The position numbers and the translations under genes were made by a program. DNA of 64,000 bases from Octopus sinensis (lineage: Eukaryota), in assembly GCF_006345805.1 (NCBI RefSeq), contig NC_043011.1, positions 47,256,464 through 47,320,463 on the forward strand, in the 5' to 3' direction. Numbering within the stretch: the first letter of the stretch is position 1; each line of letters begins with the position of its first letter. This document shows positions 13,319 to 27,638 of the stretch, in pieces. Under the pieces are notes generated by a model that saw only the letters and a program-made list of their open reading frames with translations, did not search any database and was not told where the DNA came from.

Positions 13319-13843
13319 ATACATATACATATATATATGTATGCATTTATGTAGGATGCATGTAAATATACATATGTACACGCAGACTCACGTACGTTAC
13401 AATGACCAGGTCAAGAAACTAAATAAAAGTTCTTTTCATTACTGTGTGTGTCATATGTCAATACATTGATTAATAAAGTTGGTTAATTGTAATTTAACAG
13501 AGTTGGTCTGTGAAACCTAAAACAATGAAATGTCTATATGGTTGTCATAAAATACCATCAGCTATGATTACATGAAAGATAATGAAGATCTAATTTCACA
13601 CTACTATTTACTGGTTGCTGTTTAGCCCCTTAGACATACCGAATCGAAAAGACCTTTGACCAAAACTATTCTGACTTTGATCATCTGCGTCTTTTATCCA
13701 GACATTATACATTTAGAACTACAGTGTTTAATTGTCATTCCTTTTTAAATATAGAATGAAGCATTTTGTTGGAGATTTGGCAGATATTTCTAACTGGTTA
13801 AGTCACTGCATAAAGACATTCCTGATGGTTAATATATTTAGGA

Positions 13844-14228
13844 CTAGCAGTATCGCCCGGCGTTGCTCAGGTTTGTAAGGGAAATAACTATAAAGCATTT
13901 TTAGAGAGTTATAGCCAAAAAATAGCAAAAAAATGGGAAAAAAATGATGGTAAATTTTTTTTGAGAGTTAAAAAAGGTGGAGTTGCGTCCCCTAGACAGT
14001 TTGTGTTTTGTGTTTCTGATTCTCGACCCCATGTCGAATTTATCGATGTTTTTCAGAAGTGGGGGAACTTTTCAAAATTTTCGCTGCGTTAGTTTTGAAT
14101 TATGACATTGGGCTATGTGAGTGTCAAGTTTCATCAGAATCGGTTGAAAGCCGTGGTCAGGGTGAGGGTACAAGCAAACAGACACACAGAAACACGCACA
14201 GACAAACTGCCATTTATATAGAGAGAGA
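13844..14228 (-). mobile_element. Non-autonomous Helitron-type element, 385 bp
   Basis: Minus strand A|TC...cctgagcaacgccgggcgatactgCTAG|T: 5' TC, subterminal GC hairpin, 3' CTAG, A-T target and no TSD. Confidence 0.8.
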
Positions 14229-14270
14229 TATGTAATATATAATGAATCAAATATGCATTATATACTTTTT

Positions 14271-14700
14271 TACTCTCTTTTACTCTTTTACTTGTTTCAA
14301 TCAATTGACTGCGGCCATGCTGGAGCACCGCCTTTAGTCGAGCAAGTCAACCCCAGAGCTTATTCTTTGTAAGCCTAGTACTTATTCTATCGGTCTCTTA
14401 AGCTGAACTGCTAAGTTACGGGGACATAAATACACCAGCATCGGTTGTCAAGTGATGTTGGGGGACAAACACAAACACACAAACATATATACACACACAT
14501 ATATATACATATATACGATGGGCTTCTTTCAGTTTTAAAAATTTTATAATTCTGAGGAATCCACTCACAAGTCTTTGGTCAGCCTGAGGGAGAAGCGGGA
14601 GTGGGGGGCGGGAGGCACAGGCAAGAAAATTCAGTGGGTCTGAACCCGGAATCTTGTGGATGGTAAGCAAGTTACTTACCACACAGCCACTCCTACACCT
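14271..14700 (-). mobile_element. Full-length CORE-type SINE
   Basis: Both halves are present (head/CORE and the ccagcatcggttgtcaag...ttttactc tail) with an internal microsatellite linker. Confidence 0.85.
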
Positions 14701-15648
14701 AGAATTAGATATCTAGAATATAGTCTTTTGCATACCAAGCATTCAGTGTATCAACTGTGTTGATTTCACCCATCTTGGAGATCCTCTGATGGCTGTTCAA
14801 CAACTTCTTTCACCAGATCAAACTAATAAAGAAAAGTTCCTATGTAGTATATTCTTTTCTACTCTAGGTACAAGGCCCAAAATTTTGGGGGAGGGGGCCA
14901 GTTGATCAGCTTAACCCCAGTACACAACTGGTACTTAATTTATCAATGCTAAAAGAATAAAAAGCAAAGTTGACTTTGGTGGAATTTGAACTCAGAACAT
15001 AAAGTCAGACGAAATACTGCTACGCATTTTGCCTGGTGAGCTAATGTTTCTTATTTCTTTACTGCCCACAAGGGGCTACACACAGAGGGGACAAACAAGG
15101 ACAGACAAACAGATTAAGTTGATTATATTGACCCCAGTGTGTAACTGGTACTTATTTAATCGACAACCAATGTTGGTGTGTTTACGTCCCCATAACTTTG
15201 TGGTTCAGCAAAAGAGACCGATAGAATAAGTATTAGGCTTACAAAGAATAAGTCCTGGGGTCGATTTGCTTGACTAAAGGCAATGCCCCAGCATGGCCAC
15301 AGTCAAATGGCTGAAACAAGTTAAAGAGTAAAAGAGCAAGTCCTCCAAATGAATCTTGTAGTATTTTTGTTGTATCTCTCAGGTAATTTCATCTCTGTTC
15401 TCCCTGCCACTCCTCAGAATTATAAAATTTTTAAAACAATTTAAGCTAAAAAAATATTTTATATGAATAATATATGATAGCATATCACATGTGGATATTC
15501 GCTATAATTTTGTCTATTATTAAGCTGGTGTTTGGAGCATAACTTAAGATTATGCGATAAGGCTGTAATGAAATTATGAATACTTTAACATGCAGTTTGT
15601 ATCAGTGAAGCAAAGACCATGTTTTGTAGAATGATATCAAAAGGATTA

Positions 15649-15708
<60 letters not shown>

Positions 15709-16489
15709 TTCTCAGTAACTTGGTGTCTCATAACACAGGAAGGGAATTAGAGGAATCGGTTTAAAGAACGAAGTGAGTTCGACGGTCAGTAGTGGATGTC
15801 TAATTTAAAGCGTTGGGTATGCATTGCTGGTTTTCCGAACAATTCCTTCGCTACTAACAATAAGAGTAACACACCACTACCATTACATCTATGACCATCA
15901 ACATTACCATGACTATTAAGAATGCCATCATCATCATCATCACTACAACCATTATGGTTATTATTAAGATGACCGTCATCGCTGCTACTATTGTGACCAA
16001 CATCAACACAGTGACCATTAAGACTGTCACTATTGCTACCAACATTATCGCATCCACCAACGCCAACACCTACGACTGTATCTCCTCCCCTACCATGACC
16101 ACACCCACAGCTAGCCATACTCTAAAGTGGATTCAATATAAAAGAAATCTATTTGGTTTAGTGAATGAGAAAATGTAAACTGAATAATGTGTTGAGTGGC
16201 AGGAAGAGGGGGATGTGGGGGTGGGTGGAGGAAGAGAGGGCAAGAAAAGATGAAGGATAAAAACAGAAATCAATATGATATTAATCGAAGTCAGGTGGGG
16301 GAGGCGAGGGTGGCAGGGGTGGCGATGGTGGCGGGGGTGGTCCTGGTTCAACAATGAAAATCACATAAATACAAATGTGTGTGTATATGTAAATTCCTGA
16401 GCACGTATGTGTATATATATATATGTCTCTGCATGTGTGTGTATGTATGTATGTATGTATGTATGTATGTATGTATATATGTATGTATG

Positions 16490-16529
<40 letters not shown>

Positions 16530-16775
16530 TGTGCTTGCAAGCATATAAAAATATATATACATATACATACATACATACATACATATATATATACATGCAC
16601 ATATATATATATATGCACTACATAAAATGTGTGTGTGTGGGTATGTGTATGTCTATACACATTCCCAATTACATGATCAGGTTACGTGATAGCAATAATA
16701 GTAAAACTCTGAGTATAAATAGTGTAATCTCAGCACTACAATAATTGAATATATACATGCATGCATACATATAGT

Positions 16776-16835
<60 letters not shown>

Positions 16836-16934
16836 TATATATATATGCATGTATGTATATAGGTGTGAGTGCATATATATGTGTGTGTGTATATATATAT
16901 ATATGCATGAGAGTGAGCGTACATATATATATGT

Positions 16935-16984
16935 GTGTGTGTGTGTGTGTGTATTTATATGTATCTATATAGAGAGAGGGTGTA

Positions 16985-17015
<31 letters not shown>

Positions 17016-17290
17016 GTGTGTATGGACTCACACTGTATGTGTGCATGCATGTGTATTTAGCGAATGTTAAAGACAATGTTGGGCTGTGTGTGTGTGTGTA
17101 TTTATATGTATATATATAGAGAGAGAGAGGTGTGTATGTGTGTGTGTATATATATATATATGTGTGTGTGTGTGTATGGACTCACACTGTATGTGTGCGT
17201 GCATGTGTATTTAGTGAATGTTAAAGACAATGTTGGGCTGTGTGTGTGTGTGTATTTATATGTATATATATATAGAGAGAGAGGTGTGTA

Positions 17291-17339
<49 letters not shown>

Positions 17340-17404
17340 ATAGACACACACTGTATGTGTGCGTGCATGTGTATTTAGCGAATGTTAAAGACAATGTTGG
17401 GCTG
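16935..17404. repeat. Tandem triplication, period 154-164 bp
   Basis: Core cacactgtatgtgtg...gaatgttaaagacaatgttgggctgt recurs, with gacaatgtt at 17072, 17226 and 17390. Confidence 0.85.
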
Positions 17405-17549
17405 TCTTACAAGGTGACAAAAGACCTTTTCAATGGCAAAAAGCAGTTCTGGTAATGAATCAGAGCAGAGAGATATTCTCTGGAGACAAGAGAAGCATCT
17501 CTACTTACTTAGATATTCTACTAGTTTCAGTCCTAGCCATTGTTAGCTT

Positions 17550-17830
17550 GGTCGTCGTCGTCATCGTCATCATCATCATCATCATCATCATGATAATCAT
17601 CATCTTCACCATCATCATCATTATCATCTTTGTCATCATTGTTGCTTCAACAAGCATTGACATTTCCATCCCCGCAATCATCATCATCATCAACATCATC
17701 ATCAACATCATCATCAACATCATCATCATCAACATCATCATCAACATCATCGACATCAGCAGCATGATCATTGACATAGCCATTTTAATTTATTCCCCAT
17801 CTATGGTTACTTATTATCATCATCATCGTT

Positions 17831-17864
<34 letters not shown>

Positions 17865-18119
17865 CCACCATCACAGCATCGTTCCTTCTATTCCCTTTTA
17901 TCAGCATCATCATCATCATCATCGTCATCGTCGTCGTTGTTGTCACATTCATTTCTACAGAAGTCCTCCTCCTGCACCTCTTCCTCCTCCTCCTCCTCCT
18001 CTGCATTATCATCAATCATCATCATTATGAACCGATACAGACTTTCCATCATTGCTTCTGTCCCTCCGTAACCATCCCCCCGCCGTCATCATTATCCCCA
18101 CCATTTCATCATAACCCTC

Positions 18120-18156
<37 letters not shown>

Positions 18157-18390
18157 ACAACAACTCTACCCGTTAACTTCCCCCCCCCCACCACCACAAT
18201 GGAATTTACTGATTGCAATTGCTTCATTCTCAGACCTAACAAAGCATGTTTCCAATGCAATAAATATTTTACAGGGTAATACTACATCATCTTCACCAAA
18301 ACACACCACCACCACCACCACAACTACAACCATTACCACGACCAACATGACGATGATGATGATGATCATCATCACCATCATGCCTTCTTA
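17550..18390. repeat. Degenerate (ATC)n/(CCT)n/(ACC)n low-complexity tract
   Basis: Directly visible; similar tracts at 15850-16100 and 37420-37850. Confidence 0.9.
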
Positions 18391-18477
18391 CATGATATGA
18401 CAATCACTGTTTCATTGTAGCAAAGATTAAATGAATACAAACACAAATACCTACACATAAGCACATACATACATATA

Positions 18478-18515
<38 letters not shown>

Positions 18516-18863
18516 CATATATATATACATACAAATATATATATATATATATGTATACATATACATACATATATATACACATACATATATATACATACAG
18601 GTATACATATATACATATATATACATACAGATATACTTATATATACATGCATTTATATACATATATATATATATGCATACATTTATATACATATGCATAT
18701 ATATATATGCATACATTTATATGCATATATATATAAACACATACAGTGAGATGCAGCCATATTCCTCACATCACTACACAAAAGATATTACATATTTCCT
18801 TGTTACTTGGGACAAAGTAATATCAGGGAAGAAATATTATTGTAAGAATTTCCTTCATGTTAC

Positions 18864-18895
<32 letters not shown>

Positions 18896-19468
18896 ATATA
18901 TGTATATATATATATATGCATATATTCACACACATTCACACACATGTACATACATATATATATATATATGTATGTATATATGTATGTATGTGTATATATA
19001 TATATATATTATATACACATACATATGCATATATATGCATATATATACATATACATATATATATATATATAGTGTATGCATATAAACGAATTACATACTA
19101 ACATGTGGCCATGTTCTTTATGTCAATGCCTTTACACAATCTGCTCAGCTCCATCAAAACTCCTCCAGAGCTCATCTTCCCTCTTCTCCCTCTCATGCTC
19201 CCTATCTGATGCATTACCCCTCCACTCTCTCTCCCTCAATGCCAATGCCTTCTCATATCTACCATAGCCCATACACTCTGTCCAGTTGGCTGTACTACTT
19301 CTATGTACCTCAGAGTACCTTGTGATTAAGGCCACCACCACCAACTCAACATTCTCTTTCTCTCTCTAACTTTGTCTGTCCAATTTTCTCTTTAACTATA
19401 TCCTTCTTTTCCTACAGAAGTAGCCAATCTACTAAGACACCTATTTCTTTCCCTCTGTTACCCTTCAA

Positions 19469-19690
19469 CCCTTTCATTGCTATATTTATTTTGAGATGCT
19501 CTGTGTTTCTTTGAATTAATTTTAAATATAACAACGAATTTAGTCAAATAACTTAGTTATCAATCAGCTAGTGTTAGGAACATAAGCTGTGACTAAGGTT
19601 TGGTGGAAGATTTTAATTCAAAACTTATGAATACAAGACATTTATACTACAGAACCAAAGCTGGTTTCAGCTGGGTTGGTATCGAAAGGG
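19469..19690 (+). mobile_element. piggyBac-type MITE
   Basis: ccctttc...gaaaggg termini, TTAA on the right and TCAA on the left; same family as 19923-20146 and 49397-49617. Confidence 0.75.
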
Positions 19691-19922
19691 TTAAGGCAAC
19701 TAAATATTAGTTTTAAATTTCATCACAAGGCCATCATGTTTGGTGGCCTAAGTCAGTTTCATCAACTCCATAACTCAACTGGTACTTAGTTTATCAACCT
19801 TGAAAGAATGCAAGGCATATTTGATCTCAGCAGAATTCGAACTCAGAAAATATAACTAGATAAAATGTCTCTAACCGTTTTGCCTAGCATGCCAACAATT
19901 CTACCATCTCACCACCTTTTAA

Positions 19923-20146
19923 CCCTTTCATTACTATATTTATCTTGAGATGCTCTGTGTTTCTTTCAATTAATTTTTAAGATAACAAAGAATTTAGTAA
20001 AAATAACTTCGTTATCATTAAGCTAGTGTTAGGAACACAAAATGTGACTAAGGTTTGGCGGAAGATTTTAATTTAAAACTTATGAAAACAAGACATCCGT
20101 ACTACTGAACCAGAGGTTGTTTTGAGGCAGGTTGCTATCGAAAGGG
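19923..20146 (+). mobile_element. piggyBac-type MITE, 224 bp
   Basis: TTAA|ccctttc...gaaaggg|TTAA. Confidence 0.85.
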
Positions 20147-20399
20147 TTAACGAAAGTGCTGTAACAGATTATCAGGGTTCCAAGCTTGTAACTGAGATGA
20201 GACCTATGGAACCATTTTAGATTTCCAATTTAGCAGTTGTATATTTGTGAAAGAGGACAATAAATGCCAAGGCATAACAATTATCTTAGGTCATATACAT
20301 TATGATTCTTAAATTAGTTGACGTTTTACAGACCTCAACTAATTTAAGAATCATAACGTATATGATTTGAGATGTTTCTTATGCCTTGAGTTCATATAT

Positions 20400-20730
20400 C
20401 ATCATCATCATCATCATCATCACCATTTAACGTCCGCTTTCCATGCTAGCATGGGTTGGACGGTTCAACTGGGGTCTGGGAAGCCAGAAGGCTGCACCAG
20501 GCTCCAGTCTGATCTGGCAGTGTTTCAACAGCTGGATGCTCTTCCTAACGCCAACCACTCCGTGAGCGTAGTGGGTGCTTTGCTTTTTACATGCCACCGG
20601 CACAGGTGCCAAGACGGGGCTGGCAGACGGCCACGATCAGATGGTGCTTTTTACGTGCCACCGGCACAGGGACCAGACGAAGCTGGCAGATGGCCATGGT
20701 CGGATGGTGCTTTTTACATGCCACCGGCAT
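20400..20730 (-). mobile_element. RTE-type 3' end fragment
   Basis: (CAT)n, then tttaacgtccgctttccatgctagcatgggttgg, with internal repeats of tttacatgccaccggcac. Confidence 0.75.
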
Positions 20731-21029
20731 ATAATATACATATTATATATACACACACTGGTATATATACAGGTTCATAATATATACACACATAAAGAGA
20801 TGTGGGTGTATGAGCATGATGGGGGAATATAGAAAAGACAGCAAAAGCTGTATTTGGGTTGTTATTAATAAATTTAAAGAGAAAAGCAACATTTAGTAGA
20901 GATGGGTATAAATAAAGATGGATTATGGTGAATAGTAGATGTCAATGAAGGATATTTTGGGTGGTGCATGAAAATGATAGTCAACAGTAATCAATATATA
21001 TGGATGAAGGTGGTAAGTTAGTAAAAACA

Positions 21030-21450
21030 TTAGTACGCTGGGTGAAATGCTTAGCAGTATTTCATCTGTCTTTATGTTCTGAGTTCAAATTTTGCTGAGG
21101 TCGACTTTGCCTTTCATCCTTTCGGGATCGATAAATTAAATACCAGTTGCATACTGGTGTCGATTAATCGACTTGCCCCCTCCCTCAAAATTTCAGGCCT
21201 TGTGCCTAGAGCTAGAGTAGAAAAGAATATATACAGATTAAATGGCATCAATAGCGGCAGGCTGGCAGAATCATTAGCATGCTAGGCAAGACACTTAGTG
21301 GCATTTCATCTGTCTCCATGTTCTGAGTTCAAATTCCACCAAGGTTGACTTTGCCGTGCATCCTTTCAGAGTGGATGAAATACAGTACCAGTTAAACACT
21401 GGGGTTAGAGTAATTTGAATTACCCCTGCCCTTGAAATTGTTGGCCTTGT
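21030..21450 (+). mobile_element. Two copies of the 'gtcgactttgcctttcatcc' SINE family
   Basis: gttctgagttcaaatt...gtcgactttgcctttcatcctttcgggatcgataaa...taccagtt; the central motif resembles the MetaSINE-type conserved domain (from memory, unverified). Confidence 0.75.
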
Positions 21451-23204
21451 GTTAGGGGTTATTCAGCCATTGAAACCACACCAAATCAGATTGGAACCTG
21501 GCACAGTTCTCCAGCTTACCAATTGCAGTCAAACCGCCTAACCCATGCCAACATGGAAAGCAGACATTAAGTGATGATGATGATGATGTTGACGATGATG
21601 CTGATGACGATGATGAAGTTAGATGATAATGTGTCTTTTGAGGCCATGTTCATTTGAAGAAAACCAGTGTTTAGAATGGAGGACACGTGAATTTTATTTT
21701 TACATATTTAGGGCCTGATTTTTGATTTTTTTTTTTTTTTAGCTTTCACTGTTTTTCATTCTCTCTATTGCTCTATTGCAGTATCGCTTTTACTAAAGCT
21801 CTGTATCAATCTTTCTCTATCATCCTATGACTGTCTTTCTGTGTATCACTCTGTGTCTTTGTGTCTCTCTGTCTCTGCCTCTCTCTGCTTCACTCTCTCT
21901 CTCTCTCTTAGTTAACGAATAATGAGAATTTTCCACCTGTAAATAACTTGGCAATGTTTCGGTGGGATGAGAGAAGAAAGAGTGCCCTGGGGCTGATAGA
22001 GAAGGGTGTGAGGGACATTCTTTTCCTCTTTCCTCCACCACCTCCTCCTCTCCCTGAAGCAATTCCAAGTGTCTTATAAGCTACAATCTAATTTCTTTTC
22101 CCACCTCTTCACTATTCCTTAACTCTTCACTGTAATTCATTCATTTAATCTAAGATTGTATTTTCCCTTTATTTAGTTGAAATATCATTTATTATATTCT
22201 TTTCCTTCTGAAGTCACTCACCCAAATCTCACACCTGTCACTGCAACCAAGAATACAAAGAAAAAAAAAAACAACAACAAAAAAACAGAGAATGAGGGAG
22301 AGTGGGAGTAGAAGAAGAATGAGATGGCTGCAGTGAAACATTACACTAGCTCCAATGAAATCCATTTTATTTCATTTTTTTTTAACCCTCAAAGAGAAAC
22401 CTATTCAGATATTGGTAATCTGATAATTCTACTCTTTGTATGTGTGTGTGTGTGGGTGGGTGTCTTGGATGTGTGTGGGCGTGTGCATATGCATCTATCT
22501 ATGTATCTATCTATCTCGCTATCATCCAGTTTTACTAGTTTCATCTTTTGTTATTCACCTCCCTTCATTCAATATTACAACAACTACATAAGGCAAGTGA
22601 GCTGGCAGAATCATTAGCACACCAGGCAAAATGCTCAGTGGCATTTTCTCCGTCCTTACATTCTGAGTTCAAATTCTACTATAGTCGACTTTGTTTTTCA
22701 TCCTTTCACAGGTCAATAAAATAAAAACCAGTTGAACACTGGGGTCGATGTAATTGTCTTAGCACTCTGTCCCTGAAATTGCTGGCCTTGTGCCAAAATT
22801 TGAAACCAATATTATAGTAAATACAGAGGGGAGATGAATGCATAAGGCAGCATCTTTCAATTGGGGTTCCGTGAGAAAGAGTGAGATAAACTAATGCTAG
22901 TTTCATGATTGTAATATTACTATACATGCACATATTATTGGTTACTGTAATATTGTAACATAGACATCATCCTATTTTACCTATTATGTTATCAAAAATG
23001 TATAACAACAATATATATATATATATGTATATATATAAAATATAACAACCATAAATATATATATATATATATAGTAGAAATATGTTGCGAAAAGAAAATT
23101 TAAAATACACGTGGAAATGTAAGGGTAAAATATGAAAAATCAACGAAAATGCATATTGCAAATAGAATAAGGCTATTTATGACAGGTAACGACAAATATA
23201 TACA

Positions 23205-23426
23205 TTTAGATTGACTGAGGTAGTAATACGAGTCATAAAAGTCATTATTATTAGATGATTATAAGATGATAATAAAGTAAGAGAACAAAACGAACCAATG
23301 GTTTATGCAAAGCTATTCATCGTTTGCGTGAACCATTGGTTCGTTTTGTTCTCTTACTTTATTATCATCTTATAATCACCTCATAATAATGACTTTTATG
23401 ACTCGTATTACTACCTCAGTCAATCT

Positions 23427-23429
<3 letters not shown>
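23205..23429. repeat. Fold-back element, ~107-bp arms, 11-nt loop
   Basis: 23205-23311 is the reverse complement of 23323-23429 with about 6 differences; loop gctattcatcg. Confidence 0.9.
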
Positions 23430-23469
<40 letters not shown>

Positions 23470-24279
23470 TTGCTCTATATCTCAGCAAAATTATTTACTC
23501 ATATCATTGCAAACCCCAAGGGTAACTATAAGTAGACTGATGATCAAAAGTATTCCAGCTGCATCTATCCCTTACAATGTGTCTCTCTTTCAGTAAGACA
23601 GCTGAGATATAATGTGTGGGACATTCACTGCTATTTCTAGCAAGTTACTTGACAATGTCAAGGTTCTTTCATTGGCTCTTTATCCTGTCTTGTTAAGACT
23701 ACATTATACTATGTATCCTTTCTCTGAAAGCAGCATCTGTAATTTGAAAGAAATCTAACTGCTTTCCTAGCATGTCAAATGACCTGGCTAAGGTCTGGAG
23801 ATCTGCTTTTGTATTATAATTGGAGGGGATAGCAAATTTACACAACAACATTGATATATAATTGCATTTACAAAGTTCTGAAACAAATTGAAACTGTTTT
23901 AACATTATCATCATAAATATTATTTACATAATTGTTATAAATATTCATTGGCATAGATACCATTGTTATGATGCATTCATGTTTATGCAAATGTGATATA
24001 GAAAAAAAAAAGCCAATTACTCAAACGGCTCTCATCAAATGTAGACATGAAATAGTTATTTGCTGCAACAACTGTGGAAGATTTAATTTCCAATTTATCA
24101 CCACAGAAGAATTTGAATTTAACACTAGATTTCACAAATCATTCACAGGTGTAAACTGTGTGATGACATGGAACTTATTTATAGCCGGGAAGACTGAGTC
24201 AGCAAGAAATCAAGTTTCTTCTCTATGGATACATTGGCAGCAGTGGGTGGCTTTATTTCATATCCAAGAATTTATTTCT

Positions 24280-25150
24280 TCGCTTCCATTATGGTAATGG
24301 TGTTGATGACTCTGTAGACCAGTTCTTGGACCAGTCAATGACATTAACTGCATGGTAATGTTGGTGGAAGTAATGTTAAAGGCAGTGAGCTGGCAGAAAC
24401 GTTAGCATGCCGGGTGAAATGCTTAGCAGTATTTCATCTGCCATTACGTTCTGAGTTCAAATTCCGCCTAGGTCAACTTTGCCTTTCATCCTTTTGGGGT
24501 CGATTAAATAAGTACCAGTTACGCACTGGCGACAATATAATCGACTTAATCCGTTTGTCTATCCTTGTTTGTCCTCTCTGTGTTTAACCCCTTGTGGGTA
24601 GTAAAGAAATAGGTATTTTGTCTGCCGTTGTGTTCTGAGTTCAAATTCCGCCAAGGTCAACTTTGCCTTTCATCTTTTCGGGGTCGATTAAATAAGTACC
24701 AGTTACGCACTGGGGACAATATGATTGACTTAATCCGTTTGTCTGTTCTTGTTTGTCCTCTCTGTGTTTAGCCCCTTGTGAGTAGTAAAGAAATAGGTAA
24801 TGTTGGTGGAGGATGAAGTTAATTTGTGGAGCCTTTCTTCCTTTTCTCTTCTGGTGGCTTTGAAGATTTTGGTTCTGATGGTGATGGAAGACCACTACTT
24901 GGTAAAGTCTCAAGCTTGTGCTTCAAACAATTTAAGCTCAAGTCCAGTGACTTCTAGTGTTGTTTTAAGTTGGTCCTTGTATCTTTGAAGAAGACAACCT
25001 TTGGTCTTTTCTCTGAAATGAGCTCACTGAGTAAAACTTGACCTGGGAGCGTTGACTCTTCCATTCTTGCTATATGTTCTGACCAAATAGAGGACATTCT
25101 CTGCCAATCCTTTGACTGATAAATTTACACCACTTAGAGTTATATATCTG
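24280..25150 (-). mobile_element. RTE-clade LINE 3' fragment interrupted by a SINE
   Basis: Minus strand reads WSEHIARMEESTLPGQVLLSELISEKRPK...QRYKDQLKTTL, later GLQSHQ. This is an RTE C-terminus with stops and frameshifts. Confidence 0.8.
24381..24795 (+). mobile_element. Dimeric 'gtcgactttgcc' family SINE with 15-bp TSD
   Basis: ggtaatgttggtgga at 24354-24368 and at 24796-24810. Confidence 0.85.
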
Positions 25151-26499
25151 TAGTATGTTTGTGCTATTGTAAGGATTAGGCACACTGAGCAGTTGTCTAG
25201 GGGCTTTACAGGGCTAGGGATCTCACAGGCCCAAGGGCCCAATTCTGATCTATGTATGCTGTGGATTGCTGTTAATAAATACTATAGGGCCAAGGGCCTA
25301 TTGTGCAACTAAGATTGCCCAGTAGTACGAGTAAATGTGTCTCTCGACCTGCCATAAAATTCGTGGTTGAATTTTTCTTTTTTAAATCAACTGCTCCCAT
25401 CTTAAAAGGGGAAGATATATTATGCAATATAGTTTTATTGCTACAAAAGTCGGGATGGTTATTATTTCAAAACAAATACAAAGGTGTGGTTGTGTGATAA
25501 TAGGTGCAGGTGTAGCTGTGAGGGGGAAAAATTTTTCTTCCTAACCACATGGTTCTGGGTTCAATTCCACTGTGTAGCACTTTAGGCAAGTGTCTTCTAC
25601 TGAAGCCCTGTGAGTAGATTTGATAGACAGAATCTGAAAGAAGCCCACTGCGTATATATATATATATATGTGTGTGTGTGTGAGTGCATGTGCACATGCA
25701 TGTGGGTGCATGTGTACATGTCTTTATAAATGTATTTGTCTCGCAGCCACCACCACCTCACAACTGGGGTTCTGGGGTTGGTGTGTTTATGTCTCAGTAA
25801 CATAGCAGTTTCGCAAATGAGACTCATAGAATAAGTAACGATCTTGAATAAAAGACAAACAAGAACTGGAGTTCGACCAAAATTCTTCAAGGGGGTGCCC
25901 AGCATGGTTGCAGTCTGAGGACTCGAACAACCAAAAAAAGATTAAAAAACAACAAAATTATTACCATTCTCAGCGGTTCTTTTACTTAATAATATTCTAT
26001 CAGTAATAAAAGTGAATGGAAGAATATACACGATTTTTTTTTGATGGCTCTTAGAATTCTTTCATGATGTAAATATTTGTATCTTGTTTAAGAATGCACT
26101 CTGGAATATATAGATTGAAGGTGAAAAAATGAGTGACAATAAATGTGATTTTAAGAAGTACGAAAAAAAAAAATATTCTCTAAAAGTATTCACTGAGACG
26201 CATGCCATGGTGTGTCTAATGATATATATATATATATATATATTCACAGCAGGTTTCAATAAAGGATAATCTTTGACCATTATTACAAACATAAAGACAT
26301 TTGTGTGAGTGTGTGTGTTTATAGTTATGCGAGTGTGTGTGTGTTTATAGTTGTGTGAGTGTGTGAACATGTATTATGTAGATACACACGCTGCTTTAAA
26401 GACAAGGAATGATTTCAACATTGTGCAGTAGATATAAACTTTGCATGCATGCAAGAACACACACACACACACAAACACATACACACACACACATACACA

Positions 26500-26540
<41 letters not shown>

Positions 26541-26864
26541 CTGTAGCAGTAGCATTATGTATTTAAAATTGGTACTACGTTGGTTACTATGATGACTATT
26601 ATAGTTGATCTGATTAAACGGATCAGCCTACTCATGAGATTAACATGCAAGTGGCTGAGTGCTCCATAGACACACATACGTTTAGCATACTTCTCAGGGT
26701 GGTTCAGCTTGACACCACCAAATGTGACAAGGCTGGTTTGTCTGCTGAGTGGACTGGAGCAATGTGTTTACGTACGTGTGTGTTGTATGTGTTTGCACTG
26801 TATAATCCTTTTACAATAGGCATATGGTCTGGAATTTGGGGTGGGGAAGTAAGTCGGTCATATA

Positions 26865-27310
26865 AGGCGGCAAGCTGGCAGAAACGTTAGCACGCCGGGC
26901 AAAATGCTTAGTGGTATTTTGTCTGCCGCTACGTTCTGAGTCCAAATTCCGCCGAGGTCGACTTTGCTTTTCATCCTTTCGGGGTCGATAAATTAAGTAC
27001 CAGTTACGCACTGGGGTCGATTTAATCGACTTAATTCCCTTGTCTGAACTTGTTTGTCCCCTTCATGTTTAGCCCCTTGTGGGCAATAAAGAAATAAGAA
27101 ATGTTAGCACAGTGGTCAAAACACTTAGCGGTATTTCGTCTGCCATTACATTCTGAGTTCAAATCCCGCCAAGGTTGGCTTTGCCTTTCATCCTTTCAGG
27201 ATCAATAAATTAAGTACCAGTTACGCACTGGAGTCGATATAATTGACTTAATCCGTTTGTCCTTGTTTCTCCCCTCTATGTTTAGCCCCTTGTTGACAAT
27301 AAAGAAATAG
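26865..27310 (+). mobile_element. Dimeric 'gtcgactttgcc' family SINE
   Basis: aggcggcaagctggcagaaacgttagcacgccggg...; the second unit starts near 27099. Confidence 0.85.
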
Positions 27311-27638
27311 GAAATAAGTCAGTCATCTTACCCCCCTGTGCTCAACTAGTACTTATTTCATCAACCCCAAACTGTTGAAAGCAAAGTTGACCTTGGTAGA
27401 ATTTACTCACGTAATGTATAGACAGATGAAATGTTGCTAAGCATCTTGTCTAGTTTGCAAACAATTCTGATAGCTTGCCATCATTTTTGCATTATTTGAT
27501 GCTGGTTTGAATGACCATAGAAGTTTTGGTTGCTTATCCCCAAAATCTGTCATCAACCAGAGGTATACTCAACCACATTTCTTTTTATTGTTTTCCAAAC
27601 CTATTTCAAAACAGTGTGAATGAACAAGTATTTTATTT

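Noticed and set aside
17455-18030. 191-aa poly-Ile/His ORF and similar ORFs at 15786-16178, 37423-37720 and 58748-59301
   Set aside because: Trinucleotide low-complexity tracts, open on both strands, with no domain or splice support.
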